Shown: piece by piece, positions 20,273 through 27,774 of the stretch
Numbering within the stretch: position 1 is the first letter of the stretch
How the letters are laid out: the number at the start of each line of letters is the position of its first letter
Assembly (NCBI GenBank): GCA_050944155.1
Contig: JBMNQN010000004.1
Location: 1 to 64,000 of the forward strand
Origin: Candidatus Methanomethylophilaceae archaeon
GTDB taxonomy: Archaea > Thermoplasmatota > Thermoplasmata > Methanomassiliicoccales > Methanomethylophilaceae
Length of the DNA: 64,000 nucleotides
Reading direction: 5' to 3'
Made by a program: the position numbers and the translations under genes
The notes under the pieces: model-generated
The model's database searches: none
The model's input: the letters and a program-made list of their open reading frames with translations, nothing else
What the model was told of the DNA's origin: nothing

Positions 20273-21319
20273 TCAGCAGATCCTGGGAACGGGATCTCCT
20301 ACGGGAGGTTCGAGGATTCTTCTTCCGCCCACTTCGGTTCTGAGAATCACTCTGTCATGGCTGTCAACGGCACGGCCGATTATTGCCGCGTTCTTTCCTT
20401 CCGGGGTTTTTCTGAGAGTTTTCAGCACCTCTTCGGCCATTTCGGGAACGCAGGCGATTACGCATTTTCCTTCGTTCCCTATGCTCAGGGGGTCGATTCC
20501 CAGAAGCTCGCATGCGTTGTCAACCGCGTCCCTTATCGGAATCGAAGAATATTCCACGTCTATGCCCACGCGGGATTTGGACGAAAGCTCGTTAAGGGTG
20601 TTGGCGAGCCCGCCGCGGGTGGAATCTTTCATGGAAACCGTTCCGCCGGTTTTCAGCACTTCTTTAATCATTCCGTTCAGAGGAGCCACGTCGCTCTGAA
20701 CCTCGCTTTCGAATCCGTATCCTTCGCGGAAGGACAGAAGGGCGATTCCGTGGTCTCCCACGTAACCGGAAACAATTATCGCGTCTCCCGCGGCGATGTT
20801 GGAATCGGTACACCAGTTGTGAGTGACGCTGCGGTATTCTTTCGTTTTGGAAAAGTTGGAATCAAGATATGCGGAACGTTTTCCGACGGCGGAAGTGGCC
20901 ATGAACATCTGGTCCGCCGCGCCGGACTCGACGACTTTGGTGTCCCCCGTCTCTATGGGGACTCCGCACTCCGCCGAAGTCTTTCCCGCGCTTTCCATGA
21001 TTCTGTCCACTATGTCTGTGTCAAGGCCTTCTTCGATGATGGCGGAACATCCGAGTGCCAGAGGTTCGGCTCCCATCACCGATATGTCGTTGACGGTTCC
21101 CGCAACCGATATTCTCCCCAGATCTCCTCCGGGGAAAAACAGAGGTTTGACGGTGTGTCCGTCTATTGTGAATACGATTCCGTCCACAACGGCGGAATCA
21201 TCCATGGAATCGAGGGGTACTTCCGATTCGAATTTGGGAAAATGGCACACTATGTGTTTGTCGAGGAATTCCTGCATGGCTTCCCCGCCGGCACCGTGGC
21301 TCATGATTACTTTGGGCAT
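20273..21319 (-). CDS. hypE: Hydrogenase maturation carbamoyl dehydratase
   Basis: HGAGG, GTVND, GDTKV, DSTRGG, NEGK, C-terminal PRIC. Confidence 0.96.
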   Translation of the reverse strand: MPKVIMSHGAGGEAMQEFLDKHIVCHFPKFESEVPLDSMDDSAVVDGIVFTIDGHTVKPLFFPGGDLGRISVAGTVNDISVMGAEPLALGCSAIIEEGLDTDIVDRIMESAGKTSAECGVPIETGDTKVVESGAADQMFMATSAVGKRSAYLDSNFSKTKEYRSVTHNWCTDSNIAAGDAIIVSGYVGDHGIALLSFREGYGFESEVQSDVAPLNGMIKEVLKTGGTVSMKDSTRGGLANTLNELSSKSRVGIDVEYSSIPIRDAVDNACELLGIDPLSIGNEGKCVIACVPEMAEEVLKTLRKTPEGKNAAIIGRAVDSHDRVILRTEVGGRRILEPPVGDPVPRIC

Positions 21320-21404
21320 TGACGGGTAGATAATGTAAGAGCGATAAAGATTTATTCCGTCCGAGGGCGTATCTTAAAAATAATGCCACCGTTTAACGGA
21401 AGAC

Positions 21405-21477
21405 GGACCCTTAGGGTAGCGGATTATCCTGTCGGCCTTCGGAGCCGACGACTCGGGTTCGAATCCCGGGGGGCCCA
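21405..21477 (+). tRNA. tRNA-Arg(TCG), integration target, 3' end replaced by element sequence
   Basis: TCGGC-CTTCGGA-GCCGA anticodon arm; acceptor GGACCCT/GGGGCCC has an A3:C70 mismatch; no encoded CCA. Confidence 0.9.
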
Positions 21478-21497
21478 CTCTTTACATGTCTGGCTAA

Positions 21498-21535
21498 AAT
21501 TCAATGACCTTTTTGGTAGGTCGTCAATGGATTTG
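21498..21535. repeat. Left-end arm-type repeats (attL)
   Basis: AATTCAATGACCT (21498-21510) repeated at 39842-39854; TCGTCAATGG (21521-21530) inverted at 39817-39826; AATGGATTTG at both ends. Confidence 0.8.
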
Positions 21536-21902
21536 AAACGTTTTCGTGTTTGAGGGTATGTTGCCTTTCTCCGAAAATGCCCGTTTTTTTACCAAAGGAT
21601 TTGAACCTGTTGCATCCAGCAAACTGAAAACAGATTCAATGATTGGTAAAAGTCAGTGAAGAAAAACGTGTATTTCATCGAAAAAACGACGTACATCTTT
21701 TTTGGTAGGCTGAAAATCGTGTCGTATTTGTTTCATGTTTGAGTTCACTACTCAAAATCTCAAACGTGAAACAAAATGGCGAAAAGGTAGGTCCGAAAAT
21801 GCCCGATTCCGGTCTCTTGCGGAACAAGAATGATAGAATGATCTGCCTCTTCCCGATCATTTTCTAACACTCTCTTAATACGACTACGACCATCCCGAAT
21901 CG

Positions 21903-24350
21903 ATGAAGGAAAAGGACAGGATTCTCTTCAATGAGGTCAACAGATCGTTGGAGGCCCTATCGTCCGCAACCAACGGTTCAGGATTCATCGAACCCTGTAG
22001 CGTCGAGTCCTTCAAGAACAGCACCAAACAAACAGTTGAATCGGCCAAGAAGAGATCCAAAGGTATCTTCTTCAGACTCGGTCTCGTAAACAAACCGTTC
22101 AAGAGCAGCATAATCGAGTTCCTCAAGAGATACGAGGCCTTCCCAGAGGATGCCCACAAACACAATGTCGAACTGGCAGAGAGACTGCAAGTCGATGTCG
22201 GTCGCATGATCAATCCGGTGGAAGGCAGGGATCTGGACAGACAGCAGCTCACCTCCATCGCCATGGATGTCAACACCCGTCTGGTCATAGCGGGGGCAGG
22301 AACAGGAAAGACCACGACCATCATAGGTCTTGTCAAAGAGCTTCTGATGACGGAGAAGGCCCAACCTGAAGAGATCCTTCTTCTGTCCTTCACAAATGCC
22401 TCTGTCAACGAACTGAAGGAACGCATCCTCAAAGAGACATCTAAGCGCATCGATACCACGACATTCCACAGGTTGGGACTAAAGATTATCGCCTCCACCA
22501 GGGGGAAGACCCCCAATGTATCCCACACGGATTTGAATCAATTCGTCACGGACGAGCTGCAGAGAAGAGTCTCCGACCCTCAGTTCCTGGCTGACTTCAA
22601 CTCATACATAGCATTCGATTACAACTCACAGACCGATGAGTTCGCATTCGCAACGAATGAGGATTACGTCAGGTACGTCAAAGAGAACCCTCTGATCACA
22701 CTCAACGGAGAGAAGGTAAAGAGCTTCGGAGAGGCCGACATCGCCAACTTCCTCGCTATCAACGGGGTGCCGTACACATATGAGGATGCCTATCCGGTCG
22801 ACACCTCGGATGCGAAGCACGGCCACTATCATCCGGACTTCCACATCAACGGCACGAACATCTACATCGAGTACTTCGGAACGGATCGTTACGGGAATGT
22901 GGCACAGTTCATGTTGGATGCCAATCCCAATGCTGCTGAAGTGTACAGACAGTCCATGGAATGGAAGAGGACTATCCATCGGATCAACAACACCGAACTG
23001 GTGGAGTTGTTCGCATACAATAGGTCAGAGGGCACCCTTCTCGAAGACCTGAAGAACCACCTTACCAGACTCGGTGTGGAGATGTCCCCCGCATCCCCGT
23101 CGGATCTGTTCGACAGGATGTTCAACAGCGGCAGGCTGAAATTCAGTATGATAGCATCCTCCATGACCACCGCGATCCTCCTCATCAAGGGTTACGGGAA
23201 ACCGTGGAACGAGGTATACCCGACATCCAAGGACAGGAGGGTAAAGCAGTCCCTGATCAGATTGGAGAAGGTACTAAGGCCGATATACGAAGAATATCAG
23301 GATCAGTTGGCGATCAACGACGAGATAGATTTCGAAGACATGCTTAACATGGCCTCCGAATGCGTCAAGGAAGGCTACATCCATCCTTACAGGTACGTCA
23401 TCGTCGACGAGTACCAGGACATCTCCAGGTCGAGATTCAATCTGCTGAAGGAGATGAGGGCATCGAAGGATTACAGGTTGTTCTGTGTGGGTGACGATTG
23501 GCAGAGCATCTATCGTTTCAACGGCAGCGATGTATCGTACATCCTGGACTTCGAGGACTATTGGGGGCCTTCGGAGATCTGCAAGATAGAAACAACATAT
23601 CGTTTCTCCGGGGAGCTCCTGCAGAAGAGCAGCGAATTCATCATGCGCAACCCCAGACAATTCAAGAAGGACCTGGTGGGCAGAGCGGATGTCGATTGCA
23701 GGATCATCAGATTATCAGCAAAGACCGAAGCGGATGCTTATCAGCGTGTCGCCGAAGAGCTTGCACAGATTCCAGCCAACGAGACTATCCTATTCCTCGG
23801 CAGATACCGTCATGACATCGTGAAGTTGGAGGATATTGGCCTGGAATGGAAACCCAATCTGGATGATGGATCATTCAAGGTAACGGATTCCCGCAGACCG
23901 GAATTAAAGATGACCTTCATGACGATACACGGGTCCAAAGGCCTTCAGGCCTCCCGTGTATTCATCCTGAACAACAAGACCGGGAGCTACGGATTCCCGA
24001 ACGTCAGGGACGAACCGCCCATAATTCCGCTGTTACTGAACAGTCAGGACAACCAACTGGATGAAGAGAGAAGATTATTCTACGTGGCCATGACCCGTGC
24101 CAAGAAGAGGGTTTATTTGGTCGCTGTGAACAACAAGGAATCGAGATTCTACAAGGAGATAGCGAGTTCATCAGGCGGCCAGAGGCGTAGCAACAGACCG
24201 ATCACTTGTCCGATGTGCGGTGGCGATATGGTCCTCAGGAAGGGAAAATACGGATTATTCTACGGGTGCTCTAACTTCCCGAAGACTGGGTGCAAATACA
24301 CTGTCAAATATGAATCTGGCACAAATCAACACAATGTCAGAAAATACTGA
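21903..24350 (+). CDS. UvrD/HelD (helicase IV-like) SF1 helicase with inserted PD-(D/E)XK-like domain and C-terminal topoisomerase-type Zn ribbon
   Basis: AGAGTGKT, VDEYQD, VGDDWQSIYRFNG, TIHGSKGL, EERRLFYVAMTRAK; insert KSFGE...YHPDF...IYIEYFG; CPMC...FYGCSNFP..C. Confidence 0.9.
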   Translation: MKEKDRILFNEVNRSLEALSSATNGSGFIEPCSVESFKNSTKQTVESAKKRSKGIFFRLGLVNKPFKSSIIEFLKRYEAFPEDAHKHNVELAERLQVDVGRMINPVEGRDLDRQQLTSIAMDVNTRLVIAGAGTGKTTTIIGLVKELLMTEKAQPEEILLLSFTNASVNELKERILKETSKRIDTTTFHRLGLKIIASTRGKTPNVSHTDLNQFVTDELQRRVSDPQFLADFNSYIAFDYNSQTDEFAFATNEDYVRYVKENPLITLNGEKVKSFGEADIANFLAINGVPYTYEDAYPVDTSDAKHGHYHPDFHINGTNIYIEYFGTDRYGNVAQFMLDANPNAAEVYRQSMEWKRTIHRINNTELVELFAYNRSEGTLLEDLKNHLTRLGVEMSPASPSDLFDRMFNSGRLKFSMIASSMTTAILLIKGYGKPWNEVYPTSKDRRVKQSLIRLEKVLRPIYEEYQDQLAINDEIDFEDMLNMASECVKEGYIHPYRYVIVDEYQDISRSRFNLLKEMRASKDYRLFCVGDDWQSIYRFNGSDVSYILDFEDYWGPSEICKIETTYRFSGELLQKSSEFIMRNPRQFKKDLVGRADVDCRIIRLSAKTEADAYQRVAEELAQIPANETILFLGRYRHDIVKLEDIGLEWKPNLDDGSFKVTDSRRPELKMTFMTIHGSKGLQASRVFILNNKTGSYGFPNVRDEPPIIPLLLNSQDNQLDEERRLFYVAMTRAKKRVYLVAVNNKESRFYKEIASSSGGQRRSNRPITCPMCGGDMVLRKGKYGLFYGCSNFPKTGCKYTVKYESGTNQHNVRKY

Positions 24351-24462
24351 TTGATTCTCTATCCATTTATTCTTTCATGACATGGCGTTATGAAATCAAG
24401 TCGTGTAATCCCATTAAATATCATGAGAGCCGTAAGAGTATGATTTACAGAGGTGTAAATCC

Positions 24463-25176
24463 GTGAGTCGTAAATACGAATACGTGAAGTGGGAAGAAGC
24501 CCGCCCAGTAAAGATGGAACTCAACCGGATTAACCAGAAGATGTTCAGTTACATCAACTCTAACCATCCGGAATTGTGTTTCGAGGCTAGAGTGATAGGT
24601 AGCGGAAAACGTGGGTTGAATACCCGCGTAGTAAATGGAAACAAAGGTTTCGATTTTGATTTCAATCTAATCATCGACGCCCCTCCAGAAGGGAAAGTCT
24701 GGGTGGCCGATGTAGTAAAACAGATCTTCATGGAAGCGGCAGATTATGCAGTCAAGGGGACGAATTATTCACATCCCAAGGATTCGACCAGGGCCATAAC
24801 AGTTAAAGTCGTGGACAAGAAGAACAGCAAGATCAAACATAGCTGCGACTACGCCATCATCTACTACGGTGATGATGGAGCGTATTATTATCTGCACAAC
24901 GACAAGAACGATGGTTGCAGTTATTCCTTCAACAGACGCGAACTCAAGTATCCGATCGAAGAGATGGAAAGATACATCCAGGAAAATGCTGGACGTTTCT
25001 CGACTACCGGCGGGGATTGGATAGCCGAAGAGTATCTGAAGGTCAAGAACAGCGATAATCAAGACAAGGAATCACACATCCTCTATGTCGAAGCCCTGTA
25101 CAATATCGTCAACCACATCCAACAATGCGATGCTGATGACGAAGAAGACGAATACTACGATGATGACGACGAGTGA
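24463..25176 (+). CDS. Pol-beta superfamily nucleotidyltransferase (CD-NTase/SMODS-like) with acidic tail
   Basis: hIGS...DFDFNL motif and later strand HSCDYAII (third Asp); SD AGAGGTG before GTG start. Confidence 0.72.
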   Translation: MSRKYEYVKWEEARPVKMELNRINQKMFSYINSNHPELCFEARVIGSGKRGLNTRVVNGNKGFDFDFNLIIDAPPEGKVWVADVVKQIFMEAADYAVKGTNYSHPKDSTRAITVKVVDKKNSKIKHSCDYAIIYYGDDGAYYYLHNDKNDGCSYSFNRRELKYPIEEMERYIQENAGRFSTTGGDWIAEEYLKVKNSDNQDKESHILYVEALYNIVNHIQQCDADDEEDEYYDDDDE

Positions 25177-25520
25177 TTATGACCGACTACATGAATCAGT
25201 ACAAGAGGAATGTCAAGGCCATGAATAAAACCAGTAAAGGAACGCCCATGCCAGGAGAGGTATGGTGGGTTTCTAATCTGGATAATATCAAGGATCGCCC
25301 GATTCTTGTTCTTGATTGTTCCTCAGGAATAGTGACGTATCGCAAGTGTACCTCCCAAACCAGTGTGTTTCGTCAGAGGGATACGATTGAGGATTACTAC
25401 GAAGCAGGTCTCGATAAGGCGACCTATGTGGATCCCGAGAGACGCAGTATTTCGAGAACACGTCTTGTCCGTAAGATGGGTGAACTATCAGATTACGACC
25501 GTCAGAAATTTGGCTTATAA
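25173..25520 (+). CDS. PemK/MazF-like toxin-fold protein
   Basis: GEVWWV...KDRPILVL...TSQ...AGLDKATYVD...RKMGELS..D pattern; GTGA overlap with NTase stop. Confidence 0.72.
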   Translation: MIMTDYMNQYKRNVKAMNKTSKGTPMPGEVWWVSNLDNIKDRPILVLDCSSGIVTYRKCTSQTSVFRQRDTIEDYYEAGLDKATYVDPERRSISRTRLVRKMGELSDYDRQKFGL

Positions 25521-25684
25521 ACCGAGGGCGGACCCCCGCCCTCATTAACAATATCGATGTCCACTTTACCTCGAGACGGGAGGTAAAGAACGACAACCGA
25601 CCTCTCAAAACCCCCCTCTAAAGCCGGGGGTTAAGATATATATATGTCACCCGCGGGGGTACCCCGCTGTCTGTCTGTAGATGA

Positions 25685-25717
25685 AAAAGAGTGGTGGACA
25701 AATCGTCCGACCACTTT
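25685..25717 (-). terminator. Hairpin plus T-tract after the ATPase gene
   Basis: AGTGGT-GGAC/GTCC-ACCACT stem followed by TTTTT on the minus strand. Confidence 0.55.
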
Positions 25718-25729
25718 GGTAGTTGTTTA

Positions 25730-26860
25730 TCATTCCGCTTGGCCAGCATCCTGTTTCTCCCCGTAGATCTTCTTGAATCTGAAGGGATGATCCATCGACC
25801 ATTTTCTCCACTCGTATCCCTGCTTCTCGGCCCACCTCCTCAGTGTGGTCTTGGGTGTCTTCAGGGCATATTCTATGGCCTCGTCGGTCAGTCCCATGGA
25901 CTTCAGGATCGCTGCTATGTCAGCATAGTTTTTCACCATCTGGCTCTTCTCAGTTTCGAAGGTCTTGGGGTGCTCCTCGTAGAATCTCTGAACGTATTCC
26001 TTGACCTTCAGACTCGAAGTGTTGCCGAATCCTCTCCAGAAGGAATCGAAATCAAAGGCCTTGTCGTATCTGAGGATGGAGGATTGGGTGTACGCGTCGT
26101 AGAACCATCCTTCCTTCTTGTCCTCATCCGTCCAATCGGTCACGGTCAGGGATACGTGAAGCCATTCCCCGTCCGGAAGCTGTACCTCGCTGGAGTCCAA
26201 ACGGTTCCAATTCGGATCCAGATTGTTCTCCGTCTTCGCTGACTCCCAGGTCTTCTCGGTGTCGTACCTGTACCATTCGCAATCGCAGGTGTAATCGCTC
26301 TTGCGGTCATTCTCGAATTCGATGAATCCGTCCTTGCTGAACAGGATGAGCAGAATATCGAGCTTGCCCCTGTTGGCGATGAGATGGCGGATCTGTTTCG
26401 TAATCGGGCCCTTCCCGTCATCGAGATAGAAGTTGTGGATGTCATCCAGGACTATGGCAATCTGCCTTCCGCAACCGTACAGTTCGGTCAGCTTCAGGTA
26501 GAGCTCGTCGATGCTGTCGACGTGATGCACATGGTCGGGGGTGCCGACCTTCGTACCGTTCCTGTCCTTGTGATACATGAAGACGTTGGTGATGATCTCC
26601 CAATCGCCGCATTCCTGGTATCCGGTGTGAAGCATGTACATCAGGTTCACGCACATCCGCGTCTTCCCCGTTCCTCTGTCACCGGCGATTGCGTGGAAAC
26701 CTCCCGGCTGCAGAAGGTCCCCGAATATGCTCTCATCGTAACCGCTGTCCGACTTCACCTGACAGAATGAGTGGTCCGAAATCGAACGATTGAGGTCCAC
26801 GTCGTTCTTTATATCTGTTTGAGGGGGTTTTGCTACCCCTCCTTTTTGGTCCGGGGTCAT
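25730..26860 (-). CDS. P-loop ATPase with C-terminal HTH
   Basis: Walker A GDRGTGKT, Walker B IVLDD; C-terminal GLTDEAIEYALKTPKTTLRRW. Confidence 0.75.
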   Translation of the reverse strand: MTPDQKGGVAKPPQTDIKNDVDLNRSISDHSFCQVKSDSGYDESIFGDLLQPGGFHAIAGDRGTGKTRMCVNLMYMLHTGYQECGDWEIITNVFMYHKDRNGTKVGTPDHVHHVDSIDELYLKLTELYGCGRQIAIVLDDIHNFYLDDGKGPITKQIRHLIANRGKLDILLILFSKDGFIEFENDRKSDYTCDCEWYRYDTEKTWESAKTENNLDPNWNRLDSSEVQLPDGEWLHVSLTVTDWTDEDKKEGWFYDAYTQSSILRYDKAFDFDSFWRGFGNTSSLKVKEYVQRFYEEHPKTFETEKSQMVKNYADIAAILKSMGLTDEAIEYALKTPKTTLRRWAEKQGYEWRKWSMDHPFRFKKIYGEKQDAGQAE

Positions 26861-27513
26861 TGGGGTACCTCCTTTTCGGACCTCTTCTTGATTAGGGCTT
26901 CGATCTCATCTCTCCTGCGCATGAGAGTGGTCTTGGGGATGTGAAGGTCCCTTGTTATTGATCTCCATGAGTTTCCGGACATGCGTAGTGTGGCGATGGT
27001 ATCGATGGGGATGTCATCCCTTCTCTTCCTTCCGAGGCGGATTCCTTTGGCCTTCCTTGCTTCGATGCCTTCTCTTGTCCTCTGAGCAATAATCTCCCTC
27101 TCCCATTCGGCGATGGCACCGATGATCTGCATCTGCACCTTCCCCATCGGAGTGGTGAAGTCAATCTCCCCGATGTCGGCGCAGATGAGCTTCACGTTGT
27201 AGGATTGGAGATCGGTCATGGTGATGTTCAGCTGTACTAACGATCTCATCACTCTGTCGAGCTTGGTGACGAGGATCGCATCAAACTTGTGTTCTGCGGC
27301 ATCCTGCATGAGACCTTTCCACCCCGGACGATTGGCGTCCTTCGCGGAGGCCTCGTCGGAATATTCACGGAAGACCTCGAATCCCCTGTTCTTCGCCATC
27401 TCCCTCAGACGAGGGAGCTGGTTGGTCTCGTCCTGCTTCTTTGTCGAGACGCGGACATAGATGGCCACCTTCATGCGAACCACCCTGTTCCTGTCCCGAA
27501 AAGGGATGTCCAT
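26857..27513 (-). CDS. Serine recombinase (resolvase/invertase)
   Basis: YVRVSTKKQ, RPG, KLDRVMRS, AEWERE...RTREG, C-terminal HTH. Confidence 0.93.
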   Translation of the reverse strand: MDIPFRDRNRVVRMKVAIYVRVSTKKQDETNQLPRLREMAKNRGFEVFREYSDEASAKDANRPGWKGLMQDAAEHKFDAILVTKLDRVMRSLVQLNITMTDLQSYNVKLICADIGEIDFTTPMGKVQMQIIGAIAEWEREIIAQRTREGIEARKAKGIRLGRKRRDDIPIDTIATLRMSGNSWRSITRDLHIPKTTLMRRRDEIEALIKKRSEKEVPQ

Positions 27514-27774
27514 TTGTCAGTACCTACCGAGGGATATACACCAGAAAGACCCTCGGTGCGTATCCCCCTACTTGCTTTTTTGGGTCCAGAAAATGTGTTC
27601 ATTTTCATAACACATTAAGACTGCATACATGTTGATAATGAATTGCCCAAAAATCAGGTGGTTTCAGTCGTATACTGGCACATCGGTTTCTGACCTCGAA
27701 AAAACCCCTTTGTATACAGCCAATATACGAATTTTCGGAATCGAGTCCGATACATAATTCGTTATTAGATTGTC

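Noticed and set aside
21540-21900. Iteron or CRISPR array in the AT-rich left end
   Set aside because: Only short degenerate A-tract motifs with no regular spacing; no CRISPR array seen in the window
24463-25176. Canonical CBASS call
   Set aside because: No Cap2/3, HORMA/TRIP13, or SAVED/STING/patatin/TM effector adjacent
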